In this document: piece by piece, positions 1 through 12,420 of the stretch | Position numbering within the stretch: position 1 is the first letter of the stretch | Layout: each line of letters starts with the position of its first letter | Assembly (NCBI RefSeq): GCF_002105155.1 | Contig: NW_019028998.1 | Coordinates: forward strand, 248,001 to 312,000 | DNA: 64,000 nt | From: Lobosporangium transversale | Lineage: Eukaryota | Reading direction: 5' to 3' | Notes under the pieces: model-generated | Told to the model about the DNA's origin: nothing | What the model saw: the letters and a program-made list of their open reading frames with translations, nothing else | Databases searched by the model: none | Translations under genes and position numbers: made by a program

Positions 1-2
1 GT

Positions 3-1004
3 GTTTTCCGCACCAATTACCCCCCCAGTACCATTAAGCGCATCGGCAAAGCCATCTTGGAGGGATCGGATTTAGTCGGATTGAGTGATCGTGCGGGCCT
101 TGTTGCTGATATCGCCTCCTTGTCCAAGTCTGGTCACACTGCTACAAGCAACTTCCTAGACCTTGTACAGTACTACAAGAATGAGGAAGCTTACGTCGTA
201 TGGGAGCTCCTTGCCAATCGTGTTGGCGAGATTGCTTCAATTTTTGCTGATGATGAGCGTATCAACCAGGGTATTAAGCACTTCCAGCGTAATTTGGTTG
301 ATCGAATGGTCAGCAAGCTTGGATGGGAATTCCCCGAGGGCGAGGATTATCTGACCAGCCGTCTTCGAAACGTTATCTTACGTTCTGCAGGTCGCGCTGG
401 TCACGAGGCTACTGTTGCTGAGGCAAAGCGTCGCTTTGCGTTGTTTGTTTCGGACCCGGCTCATGATTCGATCCTGCATCCCTCGATCCGCCAGACTGCT
501 TTTGAAATTGTCCTTTCTCAAGGTGGGGAAGAGGAGTTCCGTCATGTTCTCAAGTATTTCCACGCAGCACCCAAACAAGATCAGCAAGTCATTGCTCTCT
601 TAGCTCTAGGATTTGTACAGCAACCTGAGTTGATTGCTGAGGTCCAAGCCTTGGCAATTTCGGAGTCCGTCCGTCCTCAAGATATTTTCTATGTCCTTGC
701 TGGTCTCTCCGCCAATCCTGCCTCGCGACGCCCTACTTGGGAGTGGGTCAAGGCTAACTGGACCACCCTTGCTAATCGTTACAAGTCATCAATGTCCATG
801 CTAGGTGCTTGTGTTAAGTATCCTTTATCTCAATCCTCAGATGCGTCGCTCATCAAAGAGGTCAAAGAGTTTTTTGCTGATAAAGATACCAAGGACTTCC
901 AGCGTGCTCTCGATCAAGCGTTGGAAGGCTTGGACATCAATTCTGCCTGGGTTGCTCGTGAGCAGCAAGGTCTTTCTGAATGGCTATCTGCTAACAACTA
1001 CTGA
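3..1004 (+). CDS. M1 family (puromycin-sensitive/Ape2-like) aminopeptidase, C-terminal ERAP1-like domain; 5' end lies outside the window
   Basis: Frame is open from base 3: VFRTNYPP...LSDRAGLVAD...EEAYVVW...VRPQDIFY...WEWVKANW. This is the typical C-terminal helical domain of M1 aminopeptidases. Stop TGA at 1002-1004. Confidence 0.88.
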   Translation, partial: VFRTNYPPSTIKRIGKAILEGSDLVGLSDRAGLVADIASLSKSGHTATSNFLDLVQYYKNEEAYVVWELLANRVGEIASIFADDERINQGIKHFQRNLVDRMVSKLGWEFPEGEDYLTSRLRNVILRSAGRAGHEATVAEAKRRFALFVSDPAHDSILHPSIRQTAFEIVLSQGGEEEFRHVLKYFHAAPKQDQQVIALLALGFVQQPELIAEVQALAISESVRPQDIFYVLAGLSANPASRRPTWEWVKANWTTLANRYKSSMSMLGACVKYPLSQSSDASLIKEVKEFFADKDTKDFQRALDQALEGLDINSAWVAREQQGLSEWLSANNY

Positions 1005-1350
1005 AAAAATTCTCTAGATTTCATTATGCTGTTTGACCCCTCCACAAAACACACTGACTAACATGTAAATAAAAAATTTGATTCAAAGATGCAGCTTCAT
1101 TGTTATTAATAGTGTGACAAAAAAAGTTTTCTATGATTGAAAGTTATCCTTGCGTTTGGAATACTTCAGTGACATTTTCGATGAGTCGGCAATTGTAGCA
1201 TAAACAGGCTTCATCAATGGTCGCCTTATGATAATTTCTGTCCTGTCCTCCTGCAGCATGTGGATTGCAGCTTCTATGCGGGGCATTTTAAGTGCGCAAG
1301 CGGTGGGTTATATATCAAGATGGTAATGGCTTTCTTTACTTCTTTTTCAC

Positions 1351-2299
1351 TTATTGTTCCTCGTCATCCATGGCGTACAATGCTGTGTACATCTTGACCA
1401 AAGAGTTGTATCCAGCCATATCTCCACAACGCAATAGATTTGCTATGGATGAAAATATGGCAAAAAAAAAAAAAAATTTAGAGGAAAGTATCAAATCGCC
1501 ACTATTTATAAGGAACAAATGTATTCAGTTACAAACCTGCATCACAATTCAGTGGACTGCTCGGTTCGGGATTCGTAAGGAGTGAGCTGATGGCGACGCA
1601 AACCGACTCTAAAGTCCAGGATGGAGTCCATTCTGATTTCAAGATATCCAAGCAGATCTCTCCAGTCTAGAAAATTCCAAACGGGATCAGAGCGTTTAAT
1701 ACGAAATAAAAGACGGAGCTTATTTGCTTGATTGCTGGCCTCTCTCAAGGCGGGGACCAAATTTAGGATCAGGACACACAACCTCGCGGAAGAGTGTTTA
1801 TGAAGCATGCCAAGACCAAAGTTTCAAATATCACTAAAAAAGCTGCCACTTCTTGCAAACATCGTTTGTATGTTGATTGGGTATTGCATTTCCATGGATC
1901 GGAGGGAGGTGGTTTAATATGCAAATTGTCCATTGCTCCATATGCACGCATAGATAAATAAGAAAGAGTCGCCCCAACAAAAATAGGGATGGTTACCATT
2001 ACTTCTACAATACTTTGTTCAGTTGTCAGTTTTACCTTAAAGTGTACATTTGGATGACAAATCTTAGTTGTAAATCTTATTGCGGGTGGATGAATTGGGT
2101 AGTTGTTGGGGATAACAATGTCGAGTCTGAAACGACCGCCTTCGTACGCAGAATCAGCTGTACCTAGGAGAATTGCCTGCCAATGCAACAGATCGTCTTC
2201 TTGAATAGGTTCTAATAATTCGAGATGAGGCCGCGTAGCTGAGTTTTTTTGGATGGCGAGGTACTCTTTGAGCATCCGGCGATGAACTGCTGACGACAT
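1351..2299 (-). CDS. PEX4: Ubiquitin-conjugating enzyme E2, peroxin-4 type; exons 2299-2036, 1666-1537, 1442-1351 (161 aa)
   Basis: Spliced product contains HPNVHFK|TGEICLDILKSEWTPSWTLESVC...PEPSSPLNCDA|ANLLRCGD. The catalytic Cys is present and the PLNCDAxNLLR motif is typical of Pex4. Both introns are GT-AG with consistent phases. Confidence 0.85.
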
Positions 2300-2496
2300 A
2301 TTGTAATGTTGCTGTTACTATTCTTAATTGTTATAACCGCAATGGCGTATGTAACGGGTATTAGGAAGGAAGGGAAGATTAGAAGGGTGTTATTTGGAGG
2401 AGAATGTGCAGAGCAGGAAAGAAGATAAAGAGCACAATGTCAACTTTTAAGGGCTTTGCAGCTTTTAATAGTGTATATTTTTATTACAATTGGTAT

Positions 2497-5084
2497 CTAG
2501 TGATGCTCGGGTTGATGCTCGTCATCTGTATTAGTCGAATCGGAAAAAATTGGACGTTCCAGGCCAAAGAAAGAACCTATGCGTCCACCCCACTTTGTTC
2601 TCATCATTTTTGTCTTCCAATCCACTCCTCGCAAGACAGGAGACGCAGGAGCAGAAAGCCGAACACCGCTTCTATGGTTCTGTCTATCGATATTGTTATT
2701 TTGCTCTTGCTCCAGCCCGGAAGGGCGATGATGGCGCCGATTCCTGAGCAATGGTTCGTCTTCATGACGATAATCCATGAACCAGGAATACGCCGTTGAT
2801 AACAAGACAGCCCCGATTCCAATACCAATTCCTAGCTCAACGCTGATTATAAGTACTGCCACAAAAGTGACGCTCCAAATAAAAGAGGCCTTTTGCTGGC
2901 CTAATCTCCAAAGTTTGAATGGCTCGTTAATTTGCATGATCAGAGACTGTAGCGCTACTAAGACAATCGCCGCCAATACAGCATTAGGGACACGCTCAAA
3001 GCACCAAGTCAGGCACACAAGGGTCAGAGTGACTGTCATGACACCAACCATGCTTGCCAATGGAGTCTTGCCACCAGACTGGGCCAAAATTGCGGTCCTG
3101 GTTAGGCTGCCTGTGCATGCATATCCGCTGAAGATGGAGCCACCCATCGACGCGAGTCCTAACGCAAGCATTTCCTGATTTGGATCAACTTTGTATCCGT
3201 ATCGCTTTCCAAATTGCTTGGCAATAGAGAAAGACATAACGTAGATAATGACAGCGATCAGTAGCCCGGGTTGCACCATTGGTAGCAAAACTGTTTTGAC
3301 AAACTCAAGTGTCATCCATTCCTCCGATCCAGATGTGATCAGACTTGCAGGGAAAATAATCTTTGGTAAGCCTTTCGGGATCGGTCCAATCACATCAATG
3401 CCCCAGCCGCCTTCTGACCGTGGGGTATCAAGAGAGAAGGCAACATTTACGATCGTCAGGATGATTACAGCTAACAGGATGTCAGGGATAGGAATATAGA
3501 TCTGGTGATCCTCTGCAGTTGTTGAGTTCAAGCCTTCATCCACCAGAGCCTGCTCGACGTCACCATGCTCTCTAGTATTATTGGAGAATGATCCAGTTTC
3601 TAGATTTCCATGAGCCGTTCGAAGCGAAGTGCTGGATGCTACCGTGCTTGAGGAAGGAGAATCGGAATATAGTGCCAGAAGTGTATTATTAGAAACATGG
3701 GAATCAGTTCCTGGTGGCTGTTGCCCTCGTCGCTGTTCGCGATCCCTAGCGATTGCTGCAGATATTGCCTGTCTCTGTTGGACAAGCATCATTTCCTTCT
3801 TTCGCTGTTGAATCTCGTAAGCGGCTTTTCTTTTTCGCTCTAATTTTCGCATGATAAGCATGAATATGATAGCGATGGACCCCAGCAAGACTGTGTACCA
3901 GTTGGTTTCCTCAAGAAAATGAGTCGCGATCCAAATCCAAGACTTTAAAAGTGCAAAAGCGCCTTGAGAAGACGGCATAGACTTGATTCCCAAAAAATGT
4001 TTCAGTTGAGATGTTCCAATGTGAAAAACAGCGGCTGTGTTGAAACCACCGACAAGAGCATCCGGTAGTAGATGTTTAGATGCCCATCCTCCAACCCGAA
4101 GGAACGACATAATGACTTGAACTAGACCGACCACGAACGAGAGCATGAGAAGCATACCAATGAATCGTCTCTCATACTCAGGGTCTTCAGATGTTGCCAT
4201 AGTGAGGGCCTGAGCGTCGTTAAACAATGCGCTGAAGAGATTGAATTGGTCAGATGGGCCTGACAGGGTATTCTGCGCCATTAGGCCACGCACCGCCTGA
4301 CCTAGAAGCAGCGTTGTAATTGCAAATGTACCCGTATGCATGTGTCGACTTGTACCAAAGATGCAATAAATCAAAATGGGAACAACGGATGTATAAAGAC
4401 CATACACGGGAGGCAGAGGTGCGAGCATAGCATACGCCATACTCTGAGGGATAACAACAGTAGATATGGCTGATCAACAATAAAAAGAGTGACCAGAATT
4501 GCCATGTTAGACTACAATCCTCTCATGGAGGGGAGTTCGAGCATAAAGGAGCATCAAATTGTCAACTTACTGATGCCCGCAATGAGGTCATCTGGCAGAT
4601 TTATGAGGCTGTATCCTGGGTTGTAGAGCCATCCATACATAGGAACCTTTTTCCGTAGCCATGTCTTCCAACATGACTCTTTCTCAGCTACGAGTATGGT
4701 GTCGTCCACTTGGATTGAACCCGAGGACAATGCTCTGGCACGCGCAGATGTGTTGACCCTTTGGTTGTCTTCCATTGAGCCTAGTTGCTGGTTCAGAAGC
4801 TCGTTGTTGGGGTCGTATGCTCTTGACATTCTCCGTTGAACTGTCGAACCACTGACACCATCATTGACATGGTTCAGTCCTCCTAAACTGCTGACACTCT
4901 GGCCACCCTCAGTGAGCGCGCTATTAATACTGCCATCAAGGATACTGCTGGCAGGGCTGCCAGCAACGTTCTTTCCGTTGGAGTTGAATGATTGACTATT
5001 GGCATTATCCAGTACGTCTTGAGACTCCAACATGGAGCGAGCGTTCCGGTCGGCTCGAACAGGCGAGCCAGGAATGGATGACAT
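2497..5084 (-). CDS. SulP/SLC26 sulfate/anion transporter; exons about 5084-4571 and 4469-2497; no recognisable STAS domain
   Basis: Splicing gives DLIAGI-T-ISTVVIPQSMAYAMLAPLPPVYGLYTS (SulP signature). Also GFNTAA, YKVDPNQEMLALG, GSLTRTAI and AVLAAIVLVAL. Confidence 0.9.
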
Positions 5085-5262
5085 TAATTTAGAAAAGTGG
5101 AGCAATGTGCGTTGGTTTAATTAAGGAAAAGGAGGAAGGATTGAAGTGTTGACTGGTATTGATTCTGGTGTGGAGATACTATTTAAGCACATGACACCAC
5201 AAAAAGGAGGGAAAAAAAAAACTTTTTACATTGTACATTCATTCAACATAAATTTGATCAAC

Positions 5263-5658
5263 ATGTCCGTTCTTCCTCGCCTTACCTTATTTACAAAGGC
5301 CAACTGTGGCCTATGCACAACTGCTAAGGAAGCCCTAACTCGTGTACAAGCTAAGGTAATACAGTTTCATGGATTATACTTTTTGCTCTCTTGGTAGATC
5401 TATATCATGACGGTACTCAATCATATTATTGATGCACGCATGCTATAGGTCCCTTTCGAATTAGATGAGATTGACATCTATGCAACACCAGAGAACGTTA
5501 ATTATCAAAAATACATGTTCGATGTGCCTGTGGTCGAGATGAACGGGCGTGTGGCAATGATGCACCGCGTCGATCAATCTAAGCTGATTGAGATTCTACA
5601 GAGCGAGCAGTTTAAAGACATCCCTCTAGGCCAACATAATCATGAAGCATCAAAATAA
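5263..5658 (+). CDS. Glutaredoxin-like protein (DUF836/C5orf63-like); exons 5263-5355, 5449-5658
   Basis: MSVLPRLTLFTKANCGLCTTAKEAL...K|VPFELDEIDI...KYMFDVPVVEMNG...HRVD: CxxC motif, cis-Pro VPV motif, GT-AG intron. Confidence 0.85.
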
Positions 5659-5883
5659 AGTATACTATGGCGTATATAGATTTTCATGTCAATATCGGTG
5701 GCAACATCCATCTATTCCCATTTACTCAAAGTGGTGGGACCACCGGATGGTGTCATTTCTCCATTTTGATAAGGTTTTCTAGATTCAATCATATTTGCAT
5801 CATCCTCGAGCCTTTATTTGGCACCAGTTTCAGACATGTCGTATCTGCCAGTGTTTTTGTGACCCCAGCAGACTGAGCTCAAA

Positions 5884-6257
5884 TCAACGTGATTTTACAT
5901 CGGCTTCTGGAGGTGCAATTGTCTTTGAATGTCGCGCAGGATCCAACTTGTCTTCCATAGCATCACTGACGTAGAGTCCTGCCAATGCAAACGCCATTCC
6001 CCCTTTGGAATGTAAATAAAAGAGAAGGTCTCACGCAAAATAAGCTTTTTGATTACAATATTTCTGATTAACGTCCCATGAGGCTCTGTCAATTACCGAA
6101 ACCAATATACATGCGTGTACGAGGTGGCAATGCCTATAAATTACAAGTGAGGTTACAATCTATAACTAAGCTTCTCCGTTTCACCAATAACTTGCTGAAT
6201 GTCGCATTCCCGTATGAGAATGCATACCTTATATTGCACCCAGAGCGATTTCTTCAT
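5884..6257 (-). CDS. Small single-TM protein (61 aa); exons 6257-6228, 6133-6097, 6002-5884
   Basis: Spliced product MKKSLWVQYK|ALPPRTRMYIGF G|GMAFALAGLYVSDAMEDKLDPARHSKTIAPPEADVKSR*. Donors GTATGC and GTAATT, acceptors TAG and AAG, phases 0 and 1 consistent, total 186 nt. Confidence 0.75.
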
Positions 6258-6361
6258 CGTACTTTTCCTCGAGGACATGGCGTGATGTATCCAATGCATG
6301 TGGCTTCCTCAATCTGTATTTTATATTAAAGGGCACGTGATATATATTTTTATTATGTTTC

Positions 6362-7662
6362 TTAAGCCTCTGCCTGATAGAACCTTTCGATATCCTCAAC
6401 ATCTTCCTTGCTTCCCAAGAAAATAGGCGAGCGCGAATGAATACTCTCAGGTTGAACATCAAGCATTCTCTTGCGACCAGTTGATGCGCGGCCACCAGCC
6501 TGTTCAACTAAGAAAGCCATAGGAAAGCATTCATATAAGATGCGGAGTTTTCCATTCTTGGACTTGCTGTCGGCAGGATAACAGAAGATTCCTCCATAAA
6601 GCATAGTACGGTGAACATCAGCCACCATAGATCCCACATAGCGAGCGGAATAAGGTGCTTTTTTTGGATCCTCAGGAAATTTGAGAGAATGAAAGTATTT
6701 GGTACAGGCGTTGTCCCAGTACTTGGAATTACCCTCGTTGACGGCATAGATCTTTCCACGAGAAGGGATTTGAATCTGTAGTAAGAAACGTAAAATAGTT
6801 AGATCCTGCAGGATTAAAGAGCTTTAGAAATAGGTTTACAAATTTCAATATTATTTACATTCGGGTGTGTGAGAATAAATTCACCGATTTCAGTATCTAG
6901 GGTATATCCATTGACACCCTTGCCAGTTGTTAACACCAATGTCGCACATGAACCGTAGGTACAGTATCCAGCAGCGACCATCTCGGAACCCGGACGGAGA
7001 ACGTCTGAGATCTGGCCAAGTGAGTCTTCCTTCTATTGTTTGACATGAATGATCATTCGATCAGCGTATGCTCTGTTAACATGTGATACCGAAAAAAAAT
7101 GCGGGGAAATCCATTCCTTAAAAATATTCAGGTCTGTTTATTACTTACGACTTTATAGATTCCAAAAATGGTTCCAATCGAGACACCACAATCGATGTTG
7201 GAGCTTCCATCCAGAGGATCAAAAACCACACAGTACTTGCCGCGGTATTGATCTTCAACGATAATGGCTTCTTCATCCTCTTCAGAAACCATAATCGCGA
7301 CCTTGTTGGATGATCGAAGCGCATTGACAAAAATTTCGTTGGCGATAACATCAAGCTTCTTTTGCTCCTCGCCCTGAATGTTGGAGGTATTCGCAAGGCC
7401 GGTCCTGACAGGTGAATTAAATGAAACAATAATAGGTAAGATACTACAGTTTAGTTCAGTAACACAAACGTGAAAGGGTAAGTACTTCATACATGCTGAT
7501 TAAACTAGCCTTGCGGACATTCGAGGCAACAAATTTGCAGCCAAGCTGAATGGCAGTGAGGAGTAAGGTGAGGTCGCCAGAAGCTTCCTTATAGTTTTCG
7601 ACTTGGTCTTGAAAGACATGACGAGTGAGAGTGATGAGGTTTGTCTTGGAAGGGTCAGACAT
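6362..7662 (-). CDS. FBP1: Fructose-1,6-bisphosphatase class I, 4 exons
   Basis: [83 protein letters not shown]. Confidence 0.97.
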
Positions 7663-7904
7663 GGTGACGTTTATTCTTATTTCTGATGGGGTCGGAAGCA
7701 GATGAGAAAGGAATGGGAATTGTATAGGACAAAATGATTCTGTTGGCACATTTTATAGTAAAATAAACTTTTTGTTACACGGATACATCCCAAAAAAGAA
7801 TATGTCATTGTTCCTGCCCCTCATTCTTCCGAGTCACCCCGTTGTATTTTTAGAAAGGTGATGTTTCCCACGATCACGCGCTTTATTATATGTTCAAAAG
7901 AATC

Positions 7905-9739
7905 CTAAGGCGTATCTTTGCGACTGAGTATCAATGCCAACTTGCGGTACCACAGAGGATGTGTCTGTTCTGGCAAGTTATCGAAAGACGATATTCCCCT
8001 TGGTTTGTTGAGGGCCGTTGTCATATCCGCTGTTTGGCTAAGGTAGAGCAGCGAGTTAGTTTATTCTCGTGCTAACATTTGGTTTCTGAGATCATTCGAG
8101 TTTAGCGCAAAACGTACCCGTACCCTCCACAGGTTGAGCAAAAGCAAAATAAATTACATATTCTAACAAGCTCTTGCTCTTCCCAGTCTGTCAAAACTCC
8201 AAACTCTGCTCGTGTGAGTAAAATTTGAAGTGCTGGCCTAAGATGCTTAAGTTTGGGCTGATGGAGACTCAATTGGTTGTTTGTAGCGGTCGCTCGAGAG
8301 GGCTTATCTTCGGTTTGTTTGCTTTTGATCCGGATAAACATCTTTTCAAGGTTCCGTTCACATCCTCGAGGCTTTCGGCCCCTTTCAATATCTGCAATGA
8401 TCTTTTGTTGGTCAGCTGGGATCTGTTGAATCAGAATTCTCAATAATGGCCGGACATACAGATCGGAGTCAGCTGCAGGGTCATGATTTAAAATAAGCTC
8501 AAGAGTCTGAAGCTTTTCTCGACCTTCAAGAGCCGCAAGTAATCTAATCGGTCCAACATTCAGATGATGTAATATTTGTACAAGTAAGCAATTAAATTTA
8601 AGCTTCGAGAATATAATAGAACGGCATAAACTTACTGCAGGCAGATGAGGCTGCTGTTATTGTTGCTGTAAAAACGCCTTAGAAACCCCTTCATATCATG
8701 GATAGCTATTCTACGTCTTCTCGGGACTTTTTTCGCGTCAAATTCAGCCTTATCAACATTGCCACATCGTAATCGCACTAGATATACAAGGAAAATGTCG
8801 TTTTCAGCATCCATTCGAAGGGTCTGCTCTAATAAGTTTGCTGCCAAGTGTTCATGTTTATATATGCTTGATCTCCATTGGTCAGTGCCATCATTTTCGT
8901 GTTCCTCCTGCTCAAGCCAATCATCAATTCCTTGAACTAAATCGCTTATGTCCGTGGTCTCCATAGCACCTGAAAGTCCGCTAGATCTCTCACTGTTATG
9001 CTGTTGAATGGCTTTAGCCCACAGGGCAAACTCAGTTACTCCCGCGTATCCTACGAGCAGAGGATTTTCGTTGTAAGGGTACATGCTAACTGCTCTGCAA
9101 CCACGGGATGTTAACTATCACGGTAATGTGTGCTAGGTAATCAGTGTTTCGCTTTTGTATTGTAGTGCATTAACAATTTTTACTTACGGTTCCAAAGTCT
9201 TGCGTGCCTCCTCGATCATCCCAAACCGCAATTGATATAGGGCAGTCTCTAAAACGATTGATTCTCGCTAACAAAATTGAACGACAGATTAGCATACAAC
9301 ACAAGTAAGTCCAGGTTAATAAATCATTGTCTATGAACTTACACAATCGGTGGACATGGTAAATATTTTTTGAAGGAAACGCAAACAACGTGGTTCGTAC
9401 TGTTGCTCCTTCCTCAGTACTTCGCATCCGATCTATTAAATGATCATTTGGATCTTGATAAGTTTTTACAAACGGGTCCTTTAGAGCGGAGCAAACTGCC
9501 AAAGGCTAGAGGATATCTACCTTCCACACCAGCTCTTCAGATAGAACGCGACGAGTGGTTATTAGTATACTATAGAGTTTGAATGCTCTACTATAGTCAC
9601 GGCGAACCAACATCTTCCGCAGAGCATGACCAGTGAGTTCTAAATGCACTTTTCGATTAGATGTAGAATGGAATGTCTTGGTATAAGGAAAGAGTGAGTG
9701 GAGCTCCGGCTCAATTCGAGGCTGATTTGCTTTCGGCAT
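7905..9739 (-). CDS. Probable RNA polymerase I core factor subunit Rrn11/TAF1A-like, multi-exon
   Basis: HALRKMLVRRDYSRAFKLYSILI...LVWK|IGCEVLR and YPYNENPLLVGYAG resemble Rrn11/TAF1A helical-repeat motifs. Last exon ends ...ILSRKDTP* (TAG at 7905-7907). Internal exon boundaries are only partly resolved. Confidence 0.6.
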
Positions 9740-9926
9740 GATTTGTTGTTGTCAAAGTTATGCTGATGCTCTATAATTAAATATCAAAAAGGAATAAGTA
9801 AGTGCTTGACATCCGCAAAAAAAAAAAAGCTGCCTTGAAAAGTCACAAAAATAATAATAATAATAATAATAAAAATAGCAATCGTCAACCTCTGTCTTTT
9901 TAACTTGCATGCAAAATAATTAGAAA

Positions 9927-10559
9927 ATGACATCGCGTATTGTCGTGTTGATCTCTGGAACAGGATCCAATCTCCAAGCGTTGATCGATGCCACTAAGAC
10001 AGGCCAACTCAATGCAGAGATTCCTTTGGTTGTCTCTAATCGATCCAGAGTATTTGGCCTTGAGAGGGCCGAAAAAGCTGGGATTCCCACAAAGGTCTTG
10101 GCTTTGAAACCTTATACCACTGCAGGCAAGACTCGAGCAGAGTATGATACTGACCTTGCCCAGTTGATTATTGCTGCCAAACCGGATCTCATCATTCTTG
10201 CCGGGTTCATGCATATCTTATCACCTGTATTTTTGGATCAGTTCCCATCAACCCCCATTATCAACTTACATCCTGCACTCCCGGGGCAGTTTGACGGCGC
10301 TAAGGCGATCGAGCGAGCGTTTGAGGCTTTCCAAAAAGGCGAAATTAATCACACGGGAGTGATGGTTCACCGGGTTATTCAAGAGGTAGATGGTGGTGAA
10401 CCTTTATTAGTCAAAGAGGTTGAAATCAAACCTGAGGACGATCTAGCGGCACTACAAGAAAGGATACATTCAGTGGAACATGTCCTCTTGGTGCAGGCTG
10501 CAGCCCTCGTTCTTGATCAAGTGGCTCTAAATCACAACATTTCAGCAGAGGGTAAATAA
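9927..10559 (+). CDS. ADE8: Phosphoribosylglycinamide formyltransferase (PurN type), single exon
   Basis: VVLISGTGSNLQALID, LAGFMHIL, INLHPALPGQFDG, TGVMVHRVIQEVDGG. Confidence 0.96.
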   Translation: MTSRIVVLISGTGSNLQALIDATKTGQLNAEIPLVVSNRSRVFGLERAEKAGIPTKVLALKPYTTAGKTRAEYDTDLAQLIIAAKPDLIILAGFMHILSPVFLDQFPSTPIINLHPALPGQFDGAKAIERAFEAFQKGEINHTGVMVHRVIQEVDGGEPLLVKEVEIKPEDDLAALQERIHSVEHVLLVQAAALVLDQVALNHNISAEGK

Positions 10560-10661
10560 ACTCCATAAAGACAGTCACCACCCCTGGCGCATCTCGCGTC
10601 AAATATGATTTGATTTGTTTAATTCAGGGCATTGCCATTCAAAGGATAATTAAACCCATAC

Positions 10662-12115
10662 ATGACCGATCAAGAAGAGCAAGTGATTACAACAGAGGCT
10701 GGAGAGCCTGTAATCGAAATTATTGAGGAGCCTCAGCCTGATGGAACCATTTTGCGCAGGAAAAAAATCACTCGCAAGATCACCAAACGTACCATCACGT
10801 CGAGCTCATCAAACTCAATCACTTCCTCCTTTAATGAAAGTGAAACAGCCTCCGCCACGGACTCTGATTATACACGCTCAGTAATGACTATCGATAGTAA
10901 TGTAGAAGTGCAACTGCCGCCTAGGAACCAAAAGGAAACGCATGCCACAGAAGAGACAGCAGCGTCTCAGGAGTCGAGTAGCCGGGAGATATCGGATATG
11001 GAGGGCGTTGCTGTTGAGGAGACTACAGGAGCCAAGCGAACTTTTATGTCTCAAATTTTCGGACAGGACGGACCAAAGGACCATCCGTTCTACAAATTTC
11101 TGGCGATGTTCCCTTTGAAACAATTGCCTGCTCCTCATACGCGACCTCGACCTGTGAAAGCCATCCTGTATGCCTATGCTTCTGGCTGGAAAGTTAAGGA
11201 GGGGATATCGGACGATTTGTCGCAGTCCACTATCGGAAGCTTTGATGTAGATTCTCTCAAGTGGATGGTAAGTTGAACCTCATCTTCCGGAACTGAGCAG
11301 CTACTTTAAAGAAATTTGCACAGATAAGAGTTCCAGCAAGGTTAATTTATCAGCACAATCATATAGACCTATCTCAAGTTTAACAAAATTGATTTTGAAA
11401 TCAAGCCAGCATTTGAGCCGTCAATGTCGCCTACAGGGAAGCTGCCCTTTTTAGCCCTACCAAATGGGCTGTATGTGACATCTGAGGGGTTTGAGAAGTG
11501 GATTCAAGAGAACAAGAATCAAGAAAATTCAAACAAGCTTAGTCATCATGAAGCTGCTGAAGCTGTTGCTTTCATTAGCCTGGCCGAATCCAAGATACAT
11601 CCAGCTCTTGTAAGTCGAATTATTGATATTTATGTTCTACAGCATAACAAGATGTAATATTCAATCGCTTGTATTATTATTTTATCTTTCTTTAGCTCTA
11701 TACTTTGTGGTTTGAGTCTTCTCATTTCTGCACTACGACGCGCCAGCATTACTTTGGACATTACAGCTGGATTCTAGCCACACTGCTTGCATACCTTGGA
11801 AAGTCAGGCGTTGCCCACTCAATGCTTCTTACACGCGCACAAATTGACAGGGAGCTTATTTTTGACGAAGCTGCCGCAGCGATTGAAGCACTATCTGTTC
11901 AGCTGGGTAGTGATAGCGAGTACTTTTTTGGAAAGAGTGAACCTTCAAGTCTTGACGCTATCATCTTTGCCTACCTTCACGTCATCCTCACGTTGCCTCG
12001 GATTAGGAATGCAAAAGATGGAGGCCAATCCGATGAGCTTTCAAGAATTGTCAGAAAACACGAAAATCTGTTCAAATATTCACAAAATATCTGGAAGAAA
12101 TGGTTTGTCGCATAG
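10662..12115 (+). CDS. Metaxin-2/Sam35-like mitochondrial outer-membrane SAM subunit (GST fold); exons about 10662-11267, 11368-11609, 11695-12115
   Basis: FLAMFPLKQLP, SFDVDSLKWM|TYLKF, SMSPTGKLPFLAL, ALSVQLG...YFFG..PSSLDAIIFAYLHVIL. Confidence 0.8.
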
Positions 12116-12420
12116 ATGATTAATAAAGCAGGCATCCTGCAACATGCACGTGATCTAATAGGTGCTATTCACAAAGTTCATTCGCATCAATTCATTGACA
12201 ATCAAGTTTAAGACCTGAAAGAACTGCAGCTGCTCGAGACGTAGAAATCCTAGAAACACCATCCTCAACAACCGTTATTCCGTTGTATCACAGCATTTTT
12301 GAATACTATTGTACCTACTAAAGTCTCGCCTCACACCTTTGTTTCTGGAAGCGCATTTGGTCATTGTGGCCTCTTAGTGCCTCTAACACCTTGGCTATTA
12401 TAAAGTCCGTTCATCCTAAG

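Noticed and set aside
9433..9520. ATATCCT near an RRN11-like splice donor considered as a U12 intron
   Set aside because: The intron is explained by a standard GT donor 4 nt earlier and an AG acceptor that give an in-frame WK|IGCEVL. No convincing U12 intron was seen elsewhere.
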